This document shows positions 28,328 through 38,108 of a stretch of DNA of 64,000 nt, piece after piece (positions within the stretch are counted from its first letter, which is position 1; every line of letters starts with the position of its first letter). This stretch comes from Longimicrobiales bacterium (GTDB taxonomy: Bacteria > Gemmatimonadota > Gemmatimonadetes > Longimicrobiales > Gaopeijiaceae). The position numbers and the translations under genes were made by a program. The stretch is from assembly GCA_041690395.1 (NCBI GenBank), contig JAWLHJ010000007.1:147895-211894 (forward strand), read 5' to 3'. The notes below the pieces were generated by a model. It was not told where the DNA came from. It made no database searches and was given only the letters and a program-made list of their open reading frames with translations.

Positions 28328-29785
28328 TCAGTGGTACGACCGCCTCGCCTTCCAGGTGTCGCGGTGGAAGAGGACCAACACCGTGAAGATCTCGAGCCGG
28401 CCCACCAGCATGAGGAACGACAACACCGCGAGCTGGGGTGAGGACATCCATCCGTAGTTGTCCGTCGCCCCGACATCGCCGAAGCCGGGGCCGACGTTCC
28501 CGACCGTCGCGATGCTGGCGGAGATGGCCGTCAGCGGATCGGCGCCCATCAGGCCCATGACCACCGCGCCGACGAGACAGAGGAGCAGGTAGAGGACCAC
28601 GAAGCCGATGATGTGCGCGAGCACGTCCTCCTTCACGGGCTTCGACCCGATGCGGGTGAGGAGGATGGCCCGGGGATGCAGGTTCTTCCTGATCTCGTTC
28701 AGCGTCTGCTTCAAGAGGAGGAGCACGCGCACCGCCTTGATGCCGCCTCCTGTCGAGCCGGCCATCCCCCCGACGAAGAAGAGCGCGAAGAGCGTCATCT
28801 GCGCGCCCGGCACCCAGAGCTCGTAGTCGGCGCTCACGAACCCGGTCGTGGTGATGATCGCGGCGGCCTGGAACAGCCCGTCCCTGAGCGCGGGCTCGAG
28901 CGAGGCGTTCGTGCCGGACGCGAGGTTCATGGTGGCGATCAGGGCGGCCGCGCCCACGAACACGAGCGTGAAGAACCGCCACTCCTGGTCCCGCCAGTAG
29001 AGCGGTCTCCCGGACGCGGCCCGGAAGTGGAGCGCGAAGTTCACGCCGGCCAGGTACATGAACAGGATCGTCACCCAGTGGATGAACGGCGACTGGAACG
29101 CCGCCATCGACGCGTTCTTCGTACTGAAGCCGCCGGTGGCGAGGGTCGAGAAGCTGTGGTTCACCGCGTCGAACAGGCTCATGCCGCCCGCCACGTAGAG
29201 TAGCGACTGGATCACCGTGAGCCCCACGTAGACGAGCCAGAGGAGCTTCGCCGTCTGCGTGATCCTGGGGCGCAGGCGCTCGGGCGTCGGGCCGGGCACC
29301 TCGGCCTGAAAGAGCTGCATGCCGCCGACGCCGAGGTAGGGGAGCACCGCGATGACGAGCACGATGATGCCCATGCCGCCGAGCCAGTGCGTCAGCGACC
29401 GCCAGAACAGGACGCCGTTGGAGAGCGCCTCGATGTCGGTGAAGATGGTCGCGCCCGTGGTCGTGAACCCGGACATCGACTCGAAGACCGCGCCCACCGG
29501 CGACGTGATGGAGCCGGTCAGGAGGTAGGGCAGGGCGCCGAAGACGGCGGTGGCGGTCCAGGCCAGCGTCACGATGGCGAACCCTTCGCGCGTCGTCACG
29601 TCGCCCTGGAAGGTCGTGGCGCGATAGACCGTTCCACCGACCAGGAACGTGACCAGCGCGGCGATGAGGATCTCCGCGCCGGCCGACTCCCCGTACCCCA
29701 GCGACACCAGCCCCGCCGTGGCCATGAAGAGCGCGACGAAGACCTGGAGCAGGCCCACGACGTTGGCGACCTTGCGGAGTGACAT
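28328..29785 (-). CDS. trkH: Trk K+ uptake membrane subunit
   Basis: FESMSGFTTTGAT, WLGGMGII, GGMAGSTGGGIK, GNVGPG, GRLEIF. Confidence 0.96.
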   Translation of the reverse strand: MSLRKVANVVGLLQVFVALFMATAGLVSLGYGESAGAEILIAALVTFLVGGTVYRATTFQGDVTTREGFAIVTLAWTATAVFGALPYLLTGSITSPVGAVFESMSGFTTTGATIFTDIEALSNGVLFWRSLTHWLGGMGIIVLVIAVLPYLGVGGMQLFQAEVPGPTPERLRPRITQTAKLLWLVYVGLTVIQSLLYVAGGMSLFDAVNHSFSTLATGGFSTKNASMAAFQSPFIHWVTILFMYLAGVNFALHFRAASGRPLYWRDQEWRFFTLVFVGAAALIATMNLASGTNASLEPALRDGLFQAAAIITTTGFVSADYELWVPGAQMTLFALFFVGGMAGSTGGGIKAVRVLLLLKQTLNEIRKNLHPRAILLTRIGSKPVKEDVLAHIIGFVVLYLLLCLVGAVVMGLMGADPLTAISASIATVGNVGPGFGDVGATDNYGWMSSPQLAVLSFLMLVGRLEIFTVLVLFHRDTWKARRSYH

Positions 29786-31128
29786 CAGGCGAAGAGGGCT
29801 TCCACGTCGTCGATCGCCTCGGGCAGCGCGAAGACGATCACGTCGTCGCCGGGGAGGATCCGGTCCTCGCCGCGCGGGATGATGATCTCCCCCTCCCGGA
29901 GGATCGCGCCCACGATGCCCGCCTCCGGAAAGCCGACGTCCTTCAGCGCCTTGCCCGCGATGGGCGCGTCGGCCTCCACCTGGAACTCGATCGCCTCCGC
30001 GTCGATCCCGGCGAGGCTGGCGACCGTGATCACGCGTCCGCGCCGCACGTACCTGAGAATCGCGTTGACGGTGGACACGCGGGGCGACACGCTGGCGTCG
30101 ATGCCGACACGCGGCACCAGCGGCAGGTACTCGAACTTGTCGATGAGGCTGACCACCTTCCGCGCGCCGATGGACTTGGCCAGCAGGCTCGACAGCAGGT
30201 TGGTCTCGTCGTTCCCGGTCGCGGCGACGAAGCCGTCGATCCCGGCCACGCCCTCCATCTCGAGGAGCTCCAGGTCGGTGGCGTCCGCGTGGAGGACGAG
30301 CGCACGCGGAAGATCCTCGGCCATCTCCAGACACCGGCGACGGTCACGGTCCAGGATCGTGCAGTCGATCCCGTGCTGCTCCAGCACCTTGGCCAGGTAG
30401 ACGCCTTCCGTGCTGCCCCCTGCGATCATGACGCGCTTGAGCGCGAACCGCGGATGACCGGCGAGCGGCGGGATCTGAGCCACCTCGTCCGTCGGCGCGA
30501 TCATATAGACCTGGTCGCCGACCTCGATGGTCGAGTCCGGGCCCGGCACCTCCGTGACGCCGTCACGCACGATGGCTGCCGTCACGAAGTGGTTCCCCTC
30601 CAGCTCGCGGCCGAGCTGCAGCAGCGTCTTGCCGGCCACCGGCGCGCCCTTCAGGACCTTGAGGCCGATGAGCTGGAGCCGCCCTTCGGCGAAGTGTGCC
30701 ACGTCGGTCGCGGCCGCGCTCTGCAGCAGCTGGTAGGTCTCCCACGCGCACTCGCGCTCGGGGTTCACCATGAGGTCGATCCCCATCTGCTCCCGCGACA
30801 GCACGGACGACCGGTCGTAGTACTCCGGGTTGGAGATCCGCGCGACGGTGTAGTCCACGCCGAGCTTCTTGGCCGTGAGACAGGCGATCAGGTTCACCTC
30901 GTCCCGGCTCGTCACGGCCATGATCACGCGCGCGTTCTTGACCCCGGCCTCATCGAGCACGGACATCGAGGCGCCGTTGCCGACGATGGTCAGGATGTCC
31001 AGCTGCTTCTGGGCGAAGTCGGCGCGGTCCGGATCGGCCTCGATCAGGACCACGTCCTGCTTCTCTTCGGAGAGACGCTGCGCGAGATGGAAGCCCACCT
31101 CGCCCGCGCCGACGATGAGCACTCTCAC
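29785..31128 (-). CDS. trkA: Trk K+ uptake NAD-binding subunit
   Basis: IVGAGEVG, two RCK N/C repeats, 447 aa, coupled to trkH. Confidence 0.96.
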   Translation of the reverse strand: MRVLIVGAGEVGFHLAQRLSEEKQDVVLIEADPDRADFAQKQLDILTIVGNGASMSVLDEAGVKNARVIMAVTSRDEVNLIACLTAKKLGVDYTVARISNPEYYDRSSVLSREQMGIDLMVNPERECAWETYQLLQSAAATDVAHFAEGRLQLIGLKVLKGAPVAGKTLLQLGRELEGNHFVTAAIVRDGVTEVPGPDSTIEVGDQVYMIAPTDEVAQIPPLAGHPRFALKRVMIAGGSTEGVYLAKVLEQHGIDCTILDRDRRRCLEMAEDLPRALVLHADATDLELLEMEGVAGIDGFVAATGNDETNLLSSLLAKSIGARKVVSLIDKFEYLPLVPRVGIDASVSPRVSTVNAILRYVRRGRVITVASLAGIDAEAIEFQVEADAPIAGKALKDVGFPEAGIVGAILREGEIIIPRGEDRILPGDDVIVFALPEAIDDVEALFA

Positions 31129-31275
31129 GACCGAGAGTCTCCCTCTGAGCGGGAAAGACGCCGCCCCGGAGGGCCGGCGGAATGCGACAAAGGTAGTCGG
31201 GGCGCGGTGGATATCCAGGGATTCACCGTCCGGCCCGTGGTGCGCGGCGTCGCGATGCGTATCTTTACGCCGTTC

Positions 31276-31349
31276 GGGCCCGTAGCTCAGTTGGTTAGAG
31301 CAGCCGACTCATAATCGGTAGGTCGCAGGTTCAAGTCCTGCCGGGCCCA
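31276..31349 (+). tRNA. tRNA with CAT anticodon, most likely tRNA-Ile2 (lysidine-modified); CCA not encoded
   Basis: GGGCCCG/CGGGCCC acceptor stem, D arm TAGCTCAGTTGGTTAGAGC, anticodon loop CTCATAA, GGTTCAAGTCC; paired G1-C72 (not initiator); C4-G69 and C5-G68 match TilS determinants. Confidence 0.92.
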
Positions 31350-31422
31350 CTTCGTGGCGGGTGTGGCATCACGGTGTGGTACAGCGGGCTGCGGAGCGGG
31401 GCGTGGCCGAGCGGTCTTCGGC

Positions 31423-31761
31423 CTACGCCCCCTCCACTCCCAGACGGTCCGCCAGGCCGTCCCGCATACGCCGCAGCGCCTCCTCCGTCGCACGGAGCAT
31501 CTCGAGCCCCTCGGGTGTGACCCGCACGTAGCGCCGGGGTCGGCCCCCTCGGGGTGAGGGCGCGTCCTCCACCCGCACCAATCCCTTCTCGTCCATGCGC
31601 CGGACCGTCGCGTAGATCGCCCCGAGCGAGGCGACGCGTCCCCCTCGCTCACGCAAGGAGCGCCGGATCTCGGCGCCGTAGGCTCCGGGCTCCAGTCGGA
31701 GGATCGCCAGGAGGAGCATGTGCTCGAACTCGCCCAGCCGGGCGCCCTTTCCGCCGCCCAT
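31423..31761 (-). CDS. PadR-family transcriptional regulator
   Basis: LGEFEHMLLLAILRL..AYGAEI..SLGAIYATVRRMDEKGLV..RGGRPRRY. Confidence 0.92.
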   Translation of the reverse strand: MGGGKGARLGEFEHMLLLAILRLEPGAYGAEIRRSLRERGGRVASLGAIYATVRRMDEKGLVRVEDAPSPRGGRPRRYVRVTPEGLEMLRATEEALRRMRDGLADRLGVEGA

Positions 31762-31762
31762 C

Positions 31763-34339
31763 CTACTCGCCCCTCAGGACGGTGAGGGGGTCGAGGCGTG
31801 CGGCCCTGATGGCCGGGAGGAGGGAGGCCGCCAGAACCACCAGAAGCATGAGGGCTCCGGCCGCCAGGTATGTGGTGGGGGCCCTGAAGGGCGCTCCGAA
31901 GGAGAAGATCACGGTCGCCGGTGCCAGAAGAAGGCCGAGGGCCAGACCAGCCGCGATCCACGGGACGACACTCCGTGCAGCCTCGGCCAGGACCTCGCCG
32001 AGAATCCGATCGCGGCGGGCGCCGAGGGCCATGCGGATGCCCACGGCGGGAAGGCGCGTGCGGACGCGGAAGGAGAGGATGCCGAAGAGGCCGATGCTGG
32101 CGACGACGACTCCGGCCAGGCCCCCCGCGGCACCGAAAGCCCCCATCGTGCGGGGCATCCGGATGAGCCATGCGACGAGCCCCTCCATCGTCTCGACCCG
32201 GTCGGGGGCCAAGTCGGAGTCCACCCGCCGCAACGCCTCCCGGAGCCCGGGAACGAGCGTGCCGGGGTCGCCGTCGGTTCGCGCGCTCATGAAGATGCTG
32301 CCTGGCACGACCTGGGTCAGGGGAAGAATGATCCGGCCCCCCGGGTTGGTCTCGCCCTCCGGATGCCAGTCCTCCACCACGCCGACCACCCGGACCCATT
32401 CCCCTTGTTCGTGGACCGCATCGAGACGGAGGTGCTGGCCGAGCGGGTCGGTACCCTCCCACCAACGAGACGCGAAGCTCCGGGTGACGAGTGCCACCGG
32501 GTCGGAGTCGGTAGCGTCGTGCTCCTCGATCCCGCGGCCTGCGAGGAGCGCGATGCCCCATGTCTCCAGCATTGCGGGGTCTGCCGCCAGCCACCACGCC
32601 CTGGGCGCGCGGGCCTCCCCGTCCAGGGGGCGGCCCGCGAGCTCCAGAGAGGAGATGCTTCCACCGAAGCCGGGGACCCCGGCGCTGAGTGACGCGCTGC
32701 GCGCGCCCGGGATGGCAGCCACTTCCTCCCGGAGCGACGCCAGCAGGAGCCGGTTGGCGACCGAGTCGGCCGGGTCGAGGGTCAGGGACGCCACCGCGAT
32801 GCGCTCGACGGGGAGCACCCCGAGGAGATCGTCGGCCCGGGCGAAGCCGTTCATGAGGATGAGGGCCACGACGAGGCCCGCAGTAGAGAGGGTGACCTGG
32901 AGGCCGACGAACCATCCTCCGGTGCGCCGCCGTCCCGCCGATCCGCTCCGTCTGCTGCCACCCACCAGCACCTCCCGCAGGTCGGTCTGGATGGCCCGGA
33001 TCGCGGGGACGGTTCCGGCCACGAGGGTGCACGCCACGACGACGATGGCCGTCCCCACGATCACCGCGGGTCGAAGCTCCATCCGCATCCAGTAGTAGCC
33101 CCAATGAGGGGCAAGCGTAGACTGCGACCAGGCGAGGACCAGGCTCCCGCCGAGCAGCCCGATTACGCCGCCGAACCCTGCGACGAGCGCCGACTCGAGG
33201 AAGAGCTGGAGGACGACCTGGAAGCGAGAGGCGCCCAACGCGGAGTGGACGGCCAGCGTGCGCACACGCTCTGCTGCGCGGATCAGGAGAAGGGTGGAGG
33301 CGTTGGCCGTGCAGATGACGAGAAGGAGACCGACGAGGACGCCTAGGGCCGCGAACGCGACGGTCTCGCCCCCTTCTCCTCGCTCGTCGACGTAGTCCAG
33401 GACCCGGACACGCTGCGGGGCAGGGGCTCCCGCCCCGACCAGCTCCGGCCCCAGCGCGCCAGCCAGGGCCTGCGCGGCCGCGTCGTGGCCCACGCCGGGT
33501 CGGAGTCGGGCCACGACCTGATCGGCCGATGCGATCTCGTCCTCGGGAAGGACCGTCCAGAGGTTCTGGGCCTCCGGGAAGCCGAAGCTCGCCGGCATCA
33601 GCCCAACGACCGTCACCAGGCGGCCGTCGATGCGGAGGGTCGCACCGAGCGGGTCGGCGCCGTCGGGCGCCAGCTCACGCCAGAGGTCCTCCCGGACGAG
33701 GGCGGCGTCCCGATCTCCGCGCTCGGCGTCCGGGAGGCGACCGGACACCGGCGGGACCCGGAGGAGGTCGAGGGCGCCCGGCGTCACAGCGGCCGCATAG
33801 GCTCTCCGGGCGCTCAGACCCTCGCGCACGACGGTGACGGACGCCGACCGGGTGGCGCCGATCCCCAGGATGGGCCCCGCGGCCGAGCGCCAACGCTCGA
33901 GCAGCTCCGCGCCGACCGGCACGGCCTCGGCTCGAGCATCGAGGACCCGGATCTGGACGATGTCTTCGCCGTCGGGGACGGGCAGGGGCCGGAAGCTTCC
34001 CAGGAACGTCCCGAGGAGGGCCACGGTCGCCGTGAGCCCGACGCCGAGGGTCGGTGCGGCCGTGGCCGCCGTTCCCGGGGTCCTCGCGAGCCCTCGCGCT
34101 GCCATCCGGAGGGCGTGGAACGGGCGGAGGCGGCCGGGGCTCAGGCGCCCCCGGAGACCCCAGGCGCAGACCAGAACGAGTTGGGTCCAGAACCGCAGCC
34201 GACCGCCCCCCTGGCCCCGGCGCTCTTCCCGGAGGTCCGACATCGCCACCTCCGCGTCCCGCGGCGCACAAAGCCGCAGAAACCACCCGGCGATGCGCTC
34301 CTCCCGCGACCTCCCGACCGCGCTCGTCCCACCCTCCAT
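31763..34339 (-). CDS. MacB/FtsX-like duplicated ABC permease (ADOP-type orphan permease)
   Basis: Two MacB-PCD/FtsX halves: ICTANASTLLL..ALGASRFQVVLQLFLES and GIRMALGARR..PAIRAARLDPLTVLRGE; GGAGG SD. Confidence 0.9.
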   Translation of the reverse strand: MEGGTSAVGRSREERIAGWFLRLCAPRDAEVAMSDLREERRGQGGGRLRFWTQLVLVCAWGLRGRLSPGRLRPFHALRMAARGLARTPGTAATAAPTLGVGLTATVALLGTFLGSFRPLPVPDGEDIVQIRVLDARAEAVPVGAELLERWRSAAGPILGIGATRSASVTVVREGLSARRAYAAAVTPGALDLLRVPPVSGRLPDAERGDRDAALVREDLWRELAPDGADPLGATLRIDGRLVTVVGLMPASFGFPEAQNLWTVLPEDEIASADQVVARLRPGVGHDAAAQALAGALGPELVGAGAPAPQRVRVLDYVDERGEGGETVAFAALGVLVGLLLVICTANASTLLLIRAAERVRTLAVHSALGASRFQVVLQLFLESALVAGFGGVIGLLGGSLVLAWSQSTLAPHWGYYWMRMELRPAVIVGTAIVVVACTLVAGTVPAIRAIQTDLREVLVGGSRRSGSAGRRRTGGWFVGLQVTLSTAGLVVALILMNGFARADDLLGVLPVERIAVASLTLDPADSVANRLLLASLREEVAAIPGARSASLSAGVPGFGGSISSLELAGRPLDGEARAPRAWWLAADPAMLETWGIALLAGRGIEEHDATDSDPVALVTRSFASRWWEGTDPLGQHLRLDAVHEQGEWVRVVGVVEDWHPEGETNPGGRIILPLTQVVPGSIFMSARTDGDPGTLVPGLREALRRVDSDLAPDRVETMEGLVAWLIRMPRTMGAFGAAGGLAGVVVASIGLFGILSFRVRTRLPAVGIRMALGARRDRILGEVLAEAARSVVPWIAAGLALGLLLAPATVIFSFGAPFRAPTTYLAAGALMLLVVLAASLLPAIRAARLDPLTVLRGE

Positions 34340-34365
34340 GCGGCAACCCTCCCCGACGGTATTTA

Positions 34366-34388
34366 CGTACAATGTACGATAGTGTACG
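34366..34388. promoter_or_regulatory. Candidate operator (probably PadR) overlapping the permease promoter
   Basis: Perfect palindrome CGTACA-A-TGTACG at 34366-34378 plus second TGTACG 10 bp on; minus-strand TACACT -10-like hexamer. Confidence 0.6.
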
Positions 34389-34458
34389 GTTGCCCGATCG
34401 GCGAGGTTTCGATCGGGTCGTAGCCGGTCGAGTAGCGGGGGCCCTACCAGGAGCACGC

Positions 34459-35514
34459 ATGTCCATCCTCGAACACATTCCCGAGCACATCGACGGTCCG
34501 GCCGCCTGGACGGGCCGTGACATGCAGGCGCGCACCGACGCGTGGCTCGTCGAGCTCTCGGACGCCGACGTGGCGGACCTCGAGCGGGCCGCCGGGCATT
34601 ACCTGTCCCTCGGGCGGGACGTCGGGGAGATCACGGCCGAGGCGTTCCCCCTGGAGCACTTCGGCGCCCACCTCGAGTCCCTGAAGCACAAGCTCCTGCA
34701 CGGGATCGGCTTCGAGCTCCTGCGCGGCCTGCCGCTGGACCGCTACGACCAGCGGACCGTCGCCACCATCTTCTGCGGCATCGGTGCCCACCTCGGCTCC
34801 GCCCGCTCGCAGAACGCCCAGGGCCACATCCTGGGGCATGTGCGGGACACCGGAGCGCGCTCCACCGACCCGAACACCCGGATCTACCAGACCGCCGAGC
34901 GTCAGAGCTTCCACACGGACAGCGCCGACGTGGTCGGGCTCCTGTGCCTACGCGAGGCGAGGGAAGGGGGCGACTCGCTCCTGGTGAGCGCCGTGTCCAT
35001 CTACAACCGGATCCGGCGCGAGCGTCCGGATCTCCTCGAGCGCCTCTTCGACCCGGTCGCCACCGATCGCAGGGGAGAGGTGCCGCCGGGGGCGAAGCCG
35101 TACATGGAGATCCCCGTCCTCAACTGGTATGCGGGGAAGCTGACGGTCTTCTACCAGCGGCAGTACATGGAGAGCGCCCAGCGCTTCGACGGTGCCATGC
35201 GCCTCACGCCGGACCACGTCGCGGCGCTCGACCTGTTCGACGCGCTGGCCGACGATCCGGAGATGCACGTCCGGATGCGCCTCCGCCCCGGCGACATGCA
35301 GTTCGTGTACAACCATTCCCAGCTCCACGACCGGACGGCCTTCGTCGACTGGCCGGAGCAGGAGCGCAGGCGACACCTGCTCAGGCTGTGGCTGTCCGTG
35401 GAAGGGGACCGCGAGTTGCCGCCGTGCTTCGAGGAGCGCTATGGCTCCATCGAGATCGGCAATCGCGGGGGCATCGTCACCGAGCACACGGTGCTGAGCG
35501 CGCCCATCGACTGA
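34459..35514 (+). CDS. TauD/TfdA-family Fe(II)/2-oxoglutarate dioxygenase
   Basis: AGGAG SD; FHTDSADVVGLLC (HxD), GGDSLLVS, NHSQLHDRT, RHLLRLWL. Confidence 0.92.
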   Translation: MSILEHIPEHIDGPAAWTGRDMQARTDAWLVELSDADVADLERAAGHYLSLGRDVGEITAEAFPLEHFGAHLESLKHKLLHGIGFELLRGLPLDRYDQRTVATIFCGIGAHLGSARSQNAQGHILGHVRDTGARSTDPNTRIYQTAERQSFHTDSADVVGLLCLREAREGGDSLLVSAVSIYNRIRRERPDLLERLFDPVATDRRGEVPPGAKPYMEIPVLNWYAGKLTVFYQRQYMESAQRFDGAMRLTPDHVAALDLFDALADDPEMHVRMRLRPGDMQFVYNHSQLHDRTAFVDWPEQERRRHLLRLWLSVEGDRELPPCFEERYGSIEIGNRGGIVTEHTVLSAPID

Positions 35515-35623
35515 GCCCTGCTGGCACCCCCTGTTTGCGACGCGTATACTGACGATTGAGCCGGTCGAGTGTTGAGCTCGGGATGGCCTTCCAAGGGTTT
35601 GTCGGGGACACCGGAGGCGGGAA

Positions 35624-38091
35624 TTGAGAATCGTCGTGACCGCTCCATTGATCACGTTGAGCACGCTGGTCGCGGCGTCGAGCTTCGGATGGGGTCCGTC
35701 GGCCTCCGATCCGGCGGTGCCGTTCCAGGCGCATGCGGCCGAGCTCGGCACGGGGTCCGGCGAGCCGGACTCCTTCCTGGTGTCCGATCAGGCGCTGGTC
35801 GACCGGTACTGCGTGCGATGTCATAGTGACCGACGGCTCCAGGGCAATCTGTCCTTGGAGGACTTCGACGTGGGGGCGCCCCAGGAGCGCGCTGCGGTCG
35901 CCGAGAAGATCATCGTGAAGCTGCGGACGGGGATGTGCCTCCGCCCGGCGCGAACCGCCCCGCCGGTGACTCCCTGCAGCTCCTGGTCGAAGCCATCGAG
36001 CGCCGCGTCGATGCCGCCGCCGCCGCTGCGCCCGATCCCGGATCCCGCCCGTTTCAACGCCTGAACCGAGCCGAGTACGGCCGCTCCATCGAAGACCTGC
36101 TGGGGCTCGAGGTCGATGCGGGAGACTTCCTGCCCCTCGACACGAAGGCGGAGAACTTCGACAACATCGCCGAGGTGCAGCTCCTCTCGCCGACGCTACT
36201 GGACGCGTACCTGAATGCGGCCGCCGAGATCAGTCGACTCGCCGTCGGCGATCCGGATGCCAGCTATTCCGAGCGCACGTACACGGTTCCCGGCTACGTG
36301 TCGCAGGACGAGCGGGTGGAAGGGGCTCCGTTCGGTACGCGCGGCGGCATCAGCGTGGTGCACAATTTTCCGGCGGACGGGGACTACGTGTTCCGATTCG
36401 TGCCGGAGCACACCACGACCGGAGAGGGCTTCTTCGGCCAGATCGCGCGCTACGAGCAGCTCGAGCTTTCGCTGAACGGAGAGCGCGTCGCCCTGCTCGA
36501 CATCGATCAATGGATGACGGTAGCGGACCCCGGAGGCATCTCGATGAGGAGCGAGCCGATCTCCGTGCGGGCGGGGCCACAGCGGGTGACCGCTGCATTC
36601 GTCAAGCGAACCGAGGGACCGGCGGAGGACCTCCTGTCGCCACACGACTGGACGCTGGCGGACCGACACACCGGCATGGGAGGGTACGGTCTCACTCTGT
36701 TGCCACATCTGCGTGATCTGGTCATAGCCGGTCCGCGTACGGTCACGGGCGTCTCCGACAACCCGATCCGTGAGCGGATCTTCACCTGCCGGCCCGCTAC
36801 CCCCGACGAGGGCCCGGCGTGTGCCGAGCGCATCCTTTCGCGGTTGGCGGAGCAGGCGTACCGGCGTCCGGTCACGGAGCGGGATCGGGAGGGGATCCTA
36901 CGCTTCTACGAGATGGGCGCCGAGGAAGGCGGCTTCGAGGCGGGGATTCGCACGGGAATCCAGGCCATTCTCGCCAGCCCGCACTTCATCTTTCGGTTCG
37001 AGGGACCCGCGAATGGAGCGGCTCCTGACCACGCGTACCGGATCTCGGACGTCGCGCTCGCCTCGCGCCTCTCGTTCTTCCTCTGGGCCGCGCCTCCGGA
37101 CGAGGAGCTTCGTGCCGTGGCGGCGGACGGCCGCCTCGCGGACGAAGCCGAGCTCGAGCGGCAGGTCCGGCGCATGCTCGCCGACCCCCGATCGGAAGCG
37201 CTCGCCACCAGGTTCGCTGCACAATGGCTCCGGCTGCCCGACCTCGAGAAGGTCCACCCGGATCAGTTCTGGTTCCCGGATTTCGACCAGCAGCTCGCCG
37301 ATGCGATGCGTAGGGAGACCGAGCTCTTCTTCCATAGCCTGGTCCGTGACGACCGACCGCTCTTCGATCTCTACGACGCGGATTACACGTTCGTGAACGA
37401 ACGCCTGGCCCGGCATTACGGCATCGAAGGGCCCGTAGGTGACCGCTTCCAGCGCGTCTCCTACCCCGAGGACCAGCAGCGTCGCGGGATCCTGGGCCAC
37501 GGCAGCGTCCTGACCCTGACCTCGCATGCGGGCCGGACGTCTCCGGTCTTGAGAGGGAAGTGGGTGATGGAGGTCCTCATGGGGTCGCCGCCTCCTCCTC
37601 CGCCGCCCGGCGTTCCGCCTCTGGACGAGACATCCGACGAGGTGAGCGATGGACGGATGCTGACCACGAAGGACCGGATGGAGATCCACCGGCAGAATCC
37701 GACCTGCAACGCTTGCCATCGCTTCATCGACCCGATCGGTCTCGCCCTGGACAACTATGGTGTTACGGGGAAGTGGCGGATCAAGGAGAACGGTGTCGGG
37801 CTCGATACGCGGGGAGAGCTCTACGACGGCACCCCGGTGGATAGCCCCGGCGCGCTGATCGAAGCGCTGCTGGACAGACCCGTCCCGTTGGTCCGGACGT
37901 TCACGTCGAATCTGATGGCATACGCCCTCGGCCGCCTGATCGAGCACCAGGATCAACCCACCGTGCGAGCGGTCGCCCGAGCCGCTGAGCGCGACGACTA
38001 CCGCATGTCCGCCTTCATCCTAGCCGTCGTGAAGAGCGATGCGTTCCGAATGCAGGGAATCGGAGCGCTCACGGACGAAGCGGCGCACTGA
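35624..38091 (+). pseudogene. DUF1592/DUF1588/DUF1595-type cytochrome c domain protein, frameshifted near 35935 (pseudogene or sequence error)
   Basis: 5' ORF: signal peptide, YCVRCH, KLRTGM; 3' ORF: PPPG, RLNRAEY, LASRLSFFLW, TSPVLRGKWV, TCNACH; one missing base separates them. Confidence 0.85.
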
Positions 38092-38108
38092 CCCAGGAGC
38101 CGGTACCC

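Noticed and set aside
31276..31349. tRNA-Met (initiator or elongator) call
   Set aside because: No C1-A72 mismatch or three G-C anticodon pairs; acceptor pairs fit Ile2 better, though a tRNAscan-SE isotype model should confirm
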